DNA of 64,000 nt from Ostrea edulis. Its lineage: Eukaryota. The notes beneath the pieces were generated by a model. It had not been told where the DNA came from. It saw only the letters and a program-made list of their open reading frames with translations, and did no database searches. Below are positions 38,503-51,460 of this stretch, in pieces. Positions within the stretch are counted from its first letter, which is position 1. The number at the start of each line of letters is the position of its first letter. Location: assembly GCF_947568905.1 (NCBI RefSeq), contig NC_079170.1:49166001-49230000 (forward strand), in the 5' to 3' direction. Position numbers and translations under genes: made by a program.

Positions 38503-41329
38503 TGTGTGTGTGTGTGTGTGTGTGGATCTAACTAGATTGAAACAATATATACACACTACGATAATTATATACATATATATATGCTATCATCAAAGGCGAT
38601 AAACTGACTGATTATAATGCCCTGTCAGAAAATGGGATACCCGCGTATAGTTAAACTGCTCAGAAACAAAAGTGAATAAAATTACTCCGCGTATACCTAC
38701 AAGCACGGGACCTCGACTTAGTGTAGTGTTTTGTCAGGGGTCACATCGCTCACCTAAGTCACCATGGCACTGCTGTTGAGATTTTAAAAAAATTAAATCT
38801 TTATTCCCATGAACATTTTGACCCCATATTGTGGTTATAACCTAGTACCGAATGGTCACGATATAAGCGAACTTGAATCACATGTACATAGCATGAGGAT
38901 TCCTCAATACCAAATGAATAACATACCTTGCAGTTCTAGAGATGTTCAAGGCCACCAGGTCAAAGATCATATAGTATGGATGAAAGGTCTTGCCATAAGA
39001 AATATATATACAAATCAAATACATATATATAAGCTCCACCTTAAATAGTTTAACCCTTTAACTACCAGAAGTTTTCGAGTTTTCCTTCAAAGCAGATACA
39101 AATATTTCAAATTGAAATTAAAGCATTTTCTAGTCACATTTTCGTAATATAACCTATGCATATTCTGAAAGGAAAAATCTTGAAGATTTTAATTATGCAC
39201 TAAAATGTGGTGTAACGGTTGCCATGACAACAAAAACACCCCACAAATCCCCAAAAATGTGGGTTTTTTTCCACCAGTTTCGTCACCTAAAACACACAAA
39301 TTGAATGTTTATCAGCCATCATTTAAATAAATTTTAGGAATAGTTGTATTCATATACATGTATTACATGCATTCATGAAATTAAGTGTCATTTATTGTAA
39401 ATATAAGTATACATGTACATAAACATTGAAGTACAAGATGCGCATAAGTTATAGTAGACTACCTGTAATTATTGTAAAATGTTCCTTAAAACTTGAAGAA
39501 ATTTTTTAATGAAAATTAAAACTTTCTCTACGCATATTTTTGGAATATAACTCATAAAAATTTCAAAATGAAAAAATAAGTTTCTAATTATGCAGTGTAA
39601 CGAATTTTTACAGTTACCATGGCAACTAAATGAGTCCATGAATGACAAAAATATGGTGTTGGTTTTTTTCCGGTACATTTTTGTTGTTGATTTTTCATTC
39701 CTTCCTTCACATGAAAATACAAATTGACCAGTAAACTGCTACACTAAGTTTTGAATTATGTAGTATGATCTGATGTTATGGTTGCCATGGCAACACAATA
39801 ACTCATAAATCGCTGAAATGAGTTTTTCATCCTTTTCTTCCCTTGAAATAGAAAAATTGTTCAATAAACTATCACAATATTTACGTCATGTACGTAATGA
39901 TATCATGAAAACTAGCAGTACAAGTTCAAATATACATGCAATATTTATAAACCTACAATACATACAACCATATGCCTATAGAAATTAAATACCTTTACTC
40001 TCCAAATTCTAATATAATATTGTTCAGTATATCATAAATGCGTCAATAGCTTAGTTCGTTTATAATACAATAAGCCAAATACATGTACATTGCATCCGCG
40101 CTAGTCATGCTTACTAAGTCCGGGAGTACCGTACGTATGTACATTAGGCGTGGTTTGCGACGGTGAATATATTGGTAAAACAGTGTACCATATATTTACA
40201 GCGTTATATGATCTAAATTAATTGTTACTGAATTTTTTCTATTTATATTATAAAAATAATGCGTACACTGTCTCGCCTCGATCACGCATAGAAAACTACA
40301 CCACCGGCACCGACGCTTTTTTCGCTGATGTGTCTCACATTCAAGCCGTTTTCTCATCGGACTGAAGAAGTTTCCGATCAGACACTGGGCAACGTCTAGT
40401 GAGAAATCACATTAGAGAGTAATGCCTGTGAGGTTTCACGGTACCTGGGGTGTTCAACCATAGAACATAAAACGTGTTTCCTGCAGGCACGTAGAATAGG
40501 GGGAGGGGGTGTTGCCATCCCCCAATTTTTCTCAACACCTTTTAATGTTAAAAGATATATTTGGTGACCCCTCCCATATTTTATAATAGTATTGAAATAC
40601 AAAAATGTAAAGTCGAAGTTATGAATTGAACTTGTGTACATGTATTGAAAGGTGCGCAACCCCCTCCCCCTTTTTAAGAAGTCGAAGTTTGGGATTATTT
40701 ATGAGTCGGCGCTAATACATGTCACATCCCTGAATTTAAAATTTATTTTCGGAATTTTTTAAAGGTTGCACGTTACTCCCGCATCCCCACCCCGAGTTTG
40801 GAGAATTTAAGTGCTGGTTGTCCTAAAGAAGTTTTTTATGTTTTTGGTTTATCTATTCATTTATCCATTTATTTATTTTTATTTGCTCGCCAAGAAATTT
40901 AGACAATGGTGTAGGGATTTTTTCCGGTTTCCCCTCCCCCTGTTGAAAAATTATGCTACATACATGTACGTGCCTGTCCTGTATAAAATACCTGCATGTC
41001 GTAATGCGGTTATCCTGCAGGTCTTTGTGTACTGAGTATGTACCGTACATAATAGAATCCCTTTTTACAAAGTAGTTTCCATATGAGTGAAAAATTCTCG
41101 AGAGGGACATTAAACAATATTCAATCAATAGAGTACATTTTCTTGCATGATTTTACATGTAGTGATAATTGATTACTAATATTTTAAGCGTACTTTTAAA
41201 AGCATCACTATTTAGTACTATATGTAGATCTTCGTCGGCACCGTACACAATCGTACTTTTCCTCTGACATAATTCAAAATGTTTGCAATATTTTGTATTT
41301 ACATATATGCATATTTTATGCTGTAGAAT

Positions 41330-41365
<36 letters not shown>

Positions 41366-42801
41366 GTGGTGTTTTTTCAAATAACGGAAATTTTATCAAA
41401 ATTGTTGCCATTGTCATCAAATATTTAAAAAAAATTACCGATGCATTGTCATCTGACCAGTACATATCATAGACATGATTATATGTCTCTGTATATTTGG
41501 ATATCGGGTAATTGGTTAATTCCCATCAAAGATACGCATGTCGTTTGTCGGGGTCCAGTTGGGGTCAGGCTGTCCTGTACTCGATCTGCTTTCTGTTCCA
41601 TACATATCTATAACTTTTGCTATTTCCCCAAAACTGATAAGAGGTAATATCAGCAGAAAGTAACAGTATACATGATATAAGAGGGGGCGGACAGGATGAG
41701 AGGATGGGGGATTTAGTGGGGAGGTTCTTATACTTCCTTTCTTATAACTCCTTCGTGTTTCCTTTTTCACATCTAATCTGCATCAACGGCTATACGTATT
41801 CGATGCCGTACCCATTGTGTTTTAACAGATAAAGGAAACAATTAACAAATACAGAATATGAAGAATACATTTGCAATATCGCGTTAGCCTGTTATATCTA
41901 TATGTATCATAAACTGGCATGCAATACGCTTTAGTACCCAAATGAAATATGCAATTCATCACTATTCAGGGGAAGAGAGGGGGAGAGGGCCACCCCCTCA
42001 TGTAAGGAGTCAAGTTCATGAGAAGGACCAACATCTTCAAGGAACTTTACATTTACGCTATGGAGTTGATGCGACTAGAAGTAGAAATCCTCGTCCGTAA
42101 TGTCACTCAAATGACTGTCCAGTGTACACTGGCGACCGTGTTTCTATATATTCTGATTTATTGTCCTTATTATAGAAACTTCTTCATAACTGGAGTCATC
42201 TACACTAATGTCTGACGTGACCCAACGGACAACAAAACTGAGCCTGTATCGCTTTCAGCGCTATACTCCATGATTAATTATACGTTGTTTATGTTACAGT
42301 CATGACAACGTAACAAGAAATGGAAATATTTAGTCAAAACAACTCATCTGACTTACTTGTACTGAAGTTATTTTTCTTTAAATTCTAACAGATTATTATT
42401 GCAAATAAACGGAAAAATCATAATCTAAACGCCAACACTTTTAAATGAGTATACATGCTTACGCCTAACACACACTGACAACTTGCTCGTAATGATTAAC
42501 TTATAAAATGTACATTTTAGTCCTTTCCATAGCCTACATCATATTTATTGGCTATTCATATAATGGAAATATACATATATACCTTTTTTTTAAATGCATG
42601 CATGCGAGACACTCAAATGTAAACAAAACTTTATTCTTCTAGATTATATAATGCATGTACGTGAAAAAGATAGAGAGAAAAAACCCCACAAATCCCATGC
42701 ACTTTCGCCATTTTTCACACACATATACTTAGGCTGAATGCGGACATGTATGTGAGAAAGATAGAGAGAAAAAAACCACAAATCCCGTGCGCATTATACC
42801 A

Positions 42802-42985
42802 CCTTCACACTCACGGATTTTTCTTACGAGTCCTTACGGATCTCCGACTCGTAGTCAATCACAAGCATTCGTAAATCACTCGTCGGTATCCATGTCTAAA
42901 TCGTAACATTCCGTGTACCTTTATGGATTTGTGGAATACGTAAGAATCCGTAAGAAAAATCCGTGAATGTTAAGGTACTATTAAC
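42802..42985. mobile_element. MITE with 27-bp TIRs
   Basis: CCTTCACACTCACGGATTTTTCTTACG / CGTAAGAAAAATCCGTGAATGTTAAGG. Confidence 0.65.
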
Positions 42986-44862
42986 CATTGTTCACACACG
43001 TATACCTAGGCTGAAGGCGGACACGCTTACATAGGGAAATAAATGTACATTGTATTTAGGTTGTAAAACTAGTTCTAATTCATAAAACAAAAACAAAAAC
43101 CCAATCACAGATTTACCGTTATAAATTTATTTAGTTTTTCCACGTAAATATAGTTATGCCTCAAATCCAAATCCGTTCATATTGACCATGAACAGCTCAA
43201 AAGTGATGTTCATTTCTATATTTATATTCATTTAATAAAACACCATTTGTTTACATTGCTTCTATTTTGTTGCATAAAAGGAACTCCTAGCCTCTGTCAC
43301 AGTTGTTATTGTGGCGTATGTCAAGACATAGATATGGCGTCACATTTCGTCTCACCCTGCCTTTTATCAACATTGCAAGGTGCACTGTATTTTGGAGGTA
43401 GGAGACTGCAAGATTAGGATGATAATCCACGTAAGTTTACAATCTTGCGAGATCTTTGTAATAGTTGTTCTATTCCCCTCCCCCCCCCCCCCCCCCCCAA
43501 TCATTACGCTCTCTCAATCGCGTGCTTTAAGCTAGTTCATAATCCATTCATAGTCAATGTGAACAGATTGTGTCGCTCAATCCAACGAATTGAACTGGTA
43601 TATCTATTCGTGAGGCTTGTCGAGCGAATAAATCACCATTTCAACGACTTGGATAGAGCAAATATTGAATTGCTCAACCATAGATGTTCTGTTTATCTCA
43701 TTCGCTCTTTCTATCACTTTGGTTTTGAGACGATTCTAATACAACAAAACAGCTGATTCTAATTCCAGAAGCGTCATTACCGATAGCCGTGCTTGTCTGT
43801 GTTCTTACGTGAAATAAAAAATACGATAAATATTATATCGGTATTAATATTGGTCTGTGACCAGTTGACAAGGGATGCTTACTCCTCTTGGGAACCTTAT
43901 CCCATGCCAACTCTGATATATCCAGGGGTGCGTGTTTGCCCAACTTTCTATTTTGTATTCCTTATAGGAGTTGTGAGGTTGATCAGGCTTCAGAAGATGA
44001 TGATCTGCCCCTTGGTAGAATTCTCAATAGAATCGTATCTACATGTAGGCGTTATAGATGAAATAACAACATAGTTTATAATTAAAGATCACTTCTCATT
44101 GACAACTGTTGTCAGGGAGGAGATTTCCTCAACACAATGCTGTGGGGTGTGATGCTTTAAGTAATTTGTCAGAACATGAAGATCCGTCACATTGGAAGAA
44201 CTGTTAAGGTTTGAAGCTAAGTATTTTGCATCTTTGAGGTGTATTTCAATACGCAAGTTCCGAGTTACCCAAAAGTTATTTCCCTTTGCTGAACTCTTTC
44301 ACATTTTATGACGTATGGTGGGTACACAATGTATACATTATATCGTAGACTGGCATTGTACACAACGATTACGTACGATTGATGTAATAAAAGCGTAACT
44401 TTTGTTTATATCAATCACTGGTATGCATATTCTGGCCATATCAAGCATAATTTGTTTGAATAAGATCATCAAATTGGCTATTGAATTATTATTCGTTTCC
44501 ACTTCTACATGAGTGACGCTTTTATCAAAGAAAGATGGCAATTAACAATATTTGTTTGATGCAAATGGAACATATAGAATACAAATGGAAAATTATACAA
44601 TACAAATGGAAAAGATCAAATATTGCAACGTTTGACATGCCATACTCTTAAATGAACATAACTGTCCTAAGCGAAGAAATATTTAATATAAAACACAGAT
44701 AATTTCACTTTATTTGGATACCCACTTCCGCCCCTACCCGGGGTTGAACTCACGACTTGCGGAACCAAATCTCGTAGCACCATGTAACCAGCGCGCTAGA
44801 TCGCTCGACCATCTAGACAAGTCATTAAACTTGCTTTCGATGACGATGGAATTATCGCCACG

Positions 44863-44914
<52 letters not shown>

Positions 44915-45626
44915 ATATATATATATATATGAGCCGTCCCATGCAAAAAGGGCCCTTATGTATTTTGACGTCATAATGAGAAAAACGCTGGTAAAGATAA
45001 CGTCATTATTTGCAAGCTGCGTCTGTTACTTATGTTTACAATGCTGTCAATATATTTACGTGATTGTGTTTATATATCATCTGGAACGATGTCAACATGT
45101 ATCTGGATTTAACAAGAGGAACATGGACTTTTTAGAGGTGAGTTTTATATAAACAGACATAACAAATATTGTCTTGGTGACAATTAGGTCTTTAAGATAT
45201 TTCGATGCACAGGGTTTGGGATCTGCGCAGGTTGACGGGTACCGCAGGTGTACTTCAATCTCCTAGCACCATGTAACCAGCGCACTAGATCGCTCGACCA
45301 TCTAGGCAAGTCATTAAACTTGCTTTCGATGACGATGGAATTCTCGCCACGCTGTACATGTATATATATATGATAACCTAAGATAAGAGTGTCGCCTCTG
45401 AACCTTTGACTGGCAAATTTCAATCACTTGATGTCAAATGTATTGATAGGCATATATGTACCTGCACAGTAATGAATTTCTTTGTCAAAGAATAAGTGGC
45501 ATGGTTGATTTTTATGACCATGTACATGTACATGCTTGCTAAATTCACTCTTCCACTCCTAATATAGATCCGCCACTACTTCAGTTGTGTTATGAGTAAA
45601 GCAGATTGCATTTTGACCAGTTAATC

Positions 45627-46013
45627 ATGTTAATAGTAATTGACTTTACTCACAAGTAACTTATGTACAGGGAATATGTTTGTAAAATCCTTTTTATTAG
45701 ACTGAAAAGTTGCTAACTGGTGGTTATTCAGATTTAATCATTATTTCATATCTGACAATTTTCCTATTAAATGTTGCATGGGATCATGGATATTATAGGC
45801 CACCACTAACAATATACCATTTATTTTAGAGTAACTCGAAACGTGGATGCATATTGCTATCAGTGTAAAACATTGGTCCATTTGGTGCTAGACACTGAGG
45901 ATTTTGAAATCTTGCCAGGAAAAATCATCCGACTTACAGGAACTTGTGTTCAGTGTAACGCCCTATTAATTAAAAATCATGTTCTTAAGGAGTGGCACAG
46001 AGGTCTCTTTTGA
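45627..46013 (+). CDS. Putative 70-aa zinc-ribbon micro-protein, copy B
   Basis: Proposed join(45627..45655,45830..46013), with the same splice signals as copy A. Exon 2 has 8 substitutions in 184 nt, no indel or stop, and all four Cys kept (...CVQCNALLIKNHVLKEWHRGLF*). AATAAA at about 46316. Confidence 0.5.
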
Positions 46014-46347
46014 CAAGATTTTCTATTGGATCACGAAAATACAAGGGATGCTGTGTGTATAGATGAATGCATTCAGAACTCGACAGAAGACTTGCAGAAT
46101 GTGTAGAGAAGCTTACATCGGTTTTTACCCTAGAAACATTCAAGTCAAGACAATGTGATACTTTGTAACTTCAGGTGATCATGTCAAGATTATGCTTTTA
46201 ATTGAATAATTTATTTTCTGTATAATACCTGTACATAACATTAACCATATTTTACCTCAGTATTGAAAACAATTTGAATATTATAATGATGTGAGATTAC
46301 AATAATTCATGACCTAATAAACATGTTTTGAAAATGTACTATAAGAC

Positions 46348-46466
46348 TCTTTTTACGCCCCCCGAGATTGAAGATAGGGAGGGGGGTTGGGGGTGGGGGT
46401 GCATATTGTTTTTGTCCTGTAATTCTGTCATACTATGATACACTTTAATAACTTTTGAACAGTAAG

Positions 46467-46498
<32 letters not shown>

Positions 46499-46539
46499 TT
46501 TGTGACAAGACATTTCCGTGGGTACCAATATTTTTGAAA

Positions 46540-46572
<33 letters not shown>

Positions 46573-46760
46573 AAAAAAAATTGACATTGGTTATAACTTC
46601 TAAATTGTAAATATTAGAGCTTTGATATTTCACATGAGTGAAATACTGTGTGTTGTGACTAGATCTTTCTATTGGTACCAAAATATTTGTCCTTGTGACA
46701 TTGGCCATCTTTGGAATTGGCATCGGGGGCATTTGCTTTACAAACTGAAACACATCTTGT
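46348..46760 (-). mobile_element. HINE/pearl-like element
   Basis: Same family as 14310-14815 and 26689-27330. Confidence 0.6.
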
Positions 46761-46949
46761 TTTTTTTGTTCTGTACAGAAGAAAGATTAAATATCACTTA
46801 CTTGTTTTTTACTCATGTAGAGATGTCACCAGCTGTCGGTGAAATTTTGACTCATGATCGGCCCTACTAAACAAAAATTACTTCAGAATATGCTGGTAAA
46901 ATGTCTTTAACCGCTGTCCGTAGATGTGCTTACTTTACTTTAACCTTAT

Positions 46950-47130
46950 GGAAGGTGAAGATAACAAACAGTGATCAATCTCGTAACTCCTATAACCAAT
47001 ACAAAATAAACAGTTTGGCAAACACGGACCCCTGGACACACCAGTAGGATCAGGTGCCTAGAAGAAGTAAGCATCCCCTGTCGACCGGTCACACCCGCCG
47101 TGAGCCCTATGTCCTGATCAGGTAAACGGA
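46950..47130 (-). mobile_element. Penelope-like 3' end fragment
   Basis: Highly similar to 49315-49500. A + strand fragment of the same end lies at about 43870-43990. Confidence 0.7.
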
Positions 47131-48559
47131 GTTATTTCTGGAATATATTGTGTTTATTTTCCTTATTTTAGGAATTATTTTTGAATTACAGTTTACCGTT
47201 TTATTCCGATCCCCATGATTGGTGCTTTCGGTTGTATCATACCAACGATAGCCATAGTGCGGGTCCTTCGCTGCAAATATATTATCAGATAGCCCCATGA
47301 CTATCACATTTAATCCCAGGCGCTTGGTGAAGGAACAGTCACAACCAATAGTTTAATGTGTCGCCGGGGACTAAGAATCGAACTCGGGCCTCTCTGTTGC
47401 AAAGCGAGCACCGTAACCACCAGACTCTATGTATAAGGTTATGGAACATGACAGGCTCTTTAAACCACCGCGATTTATGAATGATAATAATTTCGAATCG
47501 TGCCGTCAGTTTCGTAAAATTACTAAAAAGGTAATAAATGTCGTCAACAGTTCAGTCTTGTATCCCTGGCAGCATACAACATATTTCTAGTTCAAGTATA
47601 CTCCCAGTATTTCCTACAAATATACTTCTACTATATTGCATCCAAACTTTTTGATTACTCACTTATAGACCATCTGATACATAATCCACCTACGTGTTCT
47701 TGTTCTTCGTATTCTTTCAACGAAGTTGGACGTGTCATTACTGGTGATGTTGATATACATGTAGTCGAAAATGAGTACCTGAAATCACTTATTTTGAAAG
47801 GTCTTAAATTCAGAAAGCGCCTGGTTTTTCAATTTGCGACATAATTTTTATCCCTATTATGAGTTATGTGGAAGATTATGCCAGACGATGGGCTAAGTAT
47901 GAAAAAGAAGAATTAACTTGATACCTTGTCAGAATGGATAAAAAGTATAAGAGGAGTATTAAAATCATGTATTGGACAATTAAAACAAAAGAGCGTACCA
48001 TCTATCATTCTGTGTTTAGTAAAAGAAGTGATAAATGAGGAATATATTTTCGTTCCAGCTGACAAAGCTTGTAACAACATTGTCTTTGGTCATTATAACG
48101 ACTGTATTTTAAACGAACTTGGCATTAATTTCACCTTTGGTATTGATAATTGTACTTATACTCCAACAGCCTTTTCAAAAATGAAAATTGGACGAATGAA
48201 TATGCATGTGAGTTCCCGTACCTATACTGGATCCTGAAACTTAAAAAAAAACCCCTTATAAACAAGGATACATTGCTGAATCCAGTAAATGGTCTACTAA
48301 GCCCATATCTTCGCCCCTCACTTTGTGAAGAATTGTGCCACAACATGTGCCAGAAGTGGTGTAAATCAAATGTGTATACTAAAAGATCCTTAAGACTTTT
48401 TAGTCAACATCAAAACGTATTACTTTGCAACACTTTACACGACCATTTCTCGTGATAAATACTAGATTTTTTGACACCAGAGACAGTTGCTTCTTCAACA
48501 AAAATTGAAAAAGGAAATATTAGTATCTAGTGATCAGCATTCAAGAAATACGTTGTTAA

Positions 48560-50468
48560 AGGGAAAGGCAACACTAACCACATAGTTTCTTTTATGAATA
48601 AAGTATCACTTACTGATATCGTAACTGACAGTCTTTAACTATAAAAATTCTAGCTTAACAATTAAATCAATATTAATCTATCATGTATTTTAAATTACCC
48701 GCCGCTAAGAGAGTGGCTATTGGAGTTTAATTTATGACGTCACACTGTCTATTCCGGTTTATTTCAACAGCAGCAATGTAAACATGACAAGTCACGAACA
48801 GTTAAGTTTCGAGCCGTATAGATTTGAGCCCATTCTTTCGCATGAAGAAATTGAGAAAAGACGCTTAGTCGAGTCGCAGATCAGGCAGACGGTACACGTT
48901 CTTCATACAAATGTCTCGAACCTCAACTTGTCATTACGCAAATGGTGGATCCACAGTTTACGTAGTCTTTTCCTTTCAAATGACTTGGTTGAGTCGGGAA
49001 TTTCGAAAAATCACCTTTTTTCACATTTCCCCTTCTCATTAGTGTAATTAACTGCTTGCCAGGAAGGCCTCAACCTATTTATTCGTTAAGATTTACAACA
49101 TGCACATCTTCGATGATCTCGCAGGTGTTTGGGTTCAACACCCCACCCCCGAATAAGCTACAATGTACATGAGTTGATAAGTTGATTTAATTAATTTTTT
49201 GTTGAAAATATTTCTAATGCATGTCAACAACGTCTTGCATACCCATAAAGTCCAAAATAATTCAAAATAAGCCCTTTTAAAAAAAATACCCTAGGCCACT
49301 GGTTATTATGCAAGGTGAAGATAACGAACAGTGATCAATCTCATAACTCCTACAAGCAATACAAAATAGATAGTTGGGCAAACACGGACCCCTGGACACA
49401 CCAGAGGTGAGATCAGGTGTCTAGGAGGAGTAAGTATCCCCTGTTGACCGGTCACACCCGCCGTGAGCCCCATATCCTGATCAGGTAAACGGAGTTATCC
49501 GCAGTCAAATCAGTGTGACAAGAACGGCTTAATAATCGGTATGAAACACGTCAGACAGCATTTGACCCAATGCGAGGTTGTATTGACAAACTAGATCGTT
49601 ATAACGACCATAGAATTTGCGAAATGCTGACTTCAATCGAGACTGTTGAAATCCCTGTACCATCAACTTGTTTGTCAGTAGCTTACCTCGATTTAAAAAA
49701 CTGACTATACCCAGAACAAGCATATCGAATCAGTTGAGATATATAAACACCATATGCAGGTGATAATGGAATATTGCTACATAAATGTGGGAAGTTGACG
49801 ATGGAGAAGCTGAAATCATCCCGTTTGTCATACAGTTGATTTGTCAGTTTGCCGTTAATGTCTACTTTCAATAAAATATCTAAGTATGAAGCAGAAGTGG
49901 ACGACTCTGTGGTGTCCTTTATTTCGAGCTCACAGGGATATATCAAATCGACATATGAATGAAAGCTATCATTCTTAATAGACAAAACGTCATCGATATA
50001 TCTAAAAGTCGAATTGAAGGTCACAGCGAGAGATTTTTTCTTCTCACGTAGTAGTTTTTGAATAAATTCTGCTTCATATGAATATAAAAACAGGTCAGCT
50101 AACAAAGGAGCACAATTCGTGCCCATAAGTTTAATATACATGTAATAACCAGTAAGGGTATTTTAAAGGACTTATTTTCGACTTTATGGAAGGGGGCTGA
50201 ACCCAAGCACCTGTGGGTGATCTTAGAATCTCATCAAAACCGGAACAGACGGTGTGACGTCAAAATTATTGATTTTTATGGTCTTGAATACAAAAGAGTT
50301 ACACATCATGGCAGCCTCTACATATCGTGGGAATTTCAATTTTTGACGTTTTCAAATTAGTACTGAAGCATATCTAGGCCATATATCAACAGAATTGTAT
50401 GACAAATCTTTATCATGTGATTAATCCTATCATATATCATGTAAAAATCTTTTGGATTGCCTTTCCCT
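48560..50468. mobile_element. Kolobok-like non-autonomous DNA transposon
   Basis: TTAA TSD (48556-48559, 50469-50472); TIR AGGGAAAGGCAA / TTGCCTTTCCCT; subterminal inverted repeat TGACGTCACAC.GTCT.TTCCGGTTTT (about 48735, about 50245). Removing it restores GTT GTT AAA CAC CAC in the host. Confidence 0.8.
49309..50126 (-). mobile_element. 5'-truncated Penelope-like element (RT C-terminal half plus 3' end)
   Basis: MGTNCAPLLADLFLYSYE...FRYIDDVLSI...SASYLDILL...LYDKRDDFSF; one frameshift near 49700; stop after DVFHTDY with no C-terminal GIY-YIG, which would fit a Naiad-type architecture (inference). Confidence 0.9.
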
Positions 50469-50689
50469 TTAAACACCACTCTGATTCTATCCATAAGTAC
50501 TCTGAAGTTGATATTAAAAAGATGCTGGAGTTTCTCATTGACAGTATGTTCGTAGTTTTTGGTGCTGAGTTCTTCCGACAGTCTGTTGTAATTCCCATGG
50601 GCACGAGTTGTGCCCCCTTAATTCAGTGCAGTTAAATATATGAATATGTAATTATTGATATGCAATGAATTTAGATCTATCTTCTAGAT

Positions 50690-51100
50690 TTAGCTTCGCG
50701 TATCAGAGATTACCAGATCCCGAACTTTCTTACACATTTCTTCGTCGGTGGCATCCAGTGAGCGTCCAGACCTGGCCTCATCTTCTAAAGACGTTCTACC
50801 GCGTTTCAATTTCCCTACCCAGAATTCAACCTGAGCATAAGATGGTGCATATGACCCATATACATCGGCTAAATCGTTGTGTATTTCCCTGCCTGTTTTA
50901 CTTTTTAAATACAAGTACCGAATTATAGCAAGGTACTCAACTTTAGATGAAAAGCATGCCATTGCACCACTAGCCATGTTTGACATTCAATATATTATTA
51001 AAGAATGACTCGATACGCGTGCAATTTTGTATCCAGGTATAAACCATGTATTGAAACAATCGGAAATGGGATAAAATGGTTACTTATTGACTCACCCTCG
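50690..51100 (-). mobile_element. mariner transposon 5' fragment (HTH region)
   Basis: TIR (TA)CGAGGGTGAGTCAATAAGT ending at 51100; ORF ...EYLAIIRYLYLK..GREIHNDLADVYGSYAPSYAQVEFWVGKLKRGRTSLEDEARSGR is a mariner N-terminus; the catalytic domain is missing. Confidence 0.85.
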
Positions 51101-51460
51101 TATCAATATCTGTTAATTTAAGGTTGCCTTTGATATTAAAATCTATTTCACCATCAAATAAAACACTAGTTACATATGTAATTCATGATTATAACATATA
51201 GTGAATTAGATCCGATTGGGCCAAATTTTGAATTATGTGAAATGCATGCAATTCCATAGACTTTTTCGTATGAGTTCTTACGAATAAAAATGTGTATTCT
51301 TGTGATAGATTAAGATAGAACAAGTGCAGGCTGCAACAGTTTTGATAAGAGAAGATAAGGAATGTTGACAATACTGCAATGGTCCACATTTAAGGTACGG
51401 AATATATAAGATAAGAACATTCTTAAAAGCTTAAGAATTCCACTGGCAGGTAGTGCAGAC

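Larger units (their letters stand above)
47690..50620 (+). mobile_element. Decayed Penelope-like retroelement RT region, split by a nested insertion at 48560-50468
   Basis: Frameshifted RT motifs VITGDVDI, LSEWIKSIR, FVPADKACNNIVF, YLYWI.KL.K.P and TLY..I.. (47690-48559) continue after the insert as KHHSDSIHKYSEVDIKKMLEFLID...PMGTSCAPL (50473-50620). A homologous fragment lies at 61960-62215. Confidence 0.8.

Noticed and set aside
9300-46345. Giant composite transposon bounded by the two 1-kb repeats
   Set aside because: No TSD, sharp termini or transposase was found; the repeat edges decay gradually.
49309-49530. Hammerhead ribozyme in the Penelope-like 3' end
   Set aside because: I could not find a CTGANGA...GAAA core with pairing stems by eye on either strand; an Infernal or RNAmotif search would be needed.
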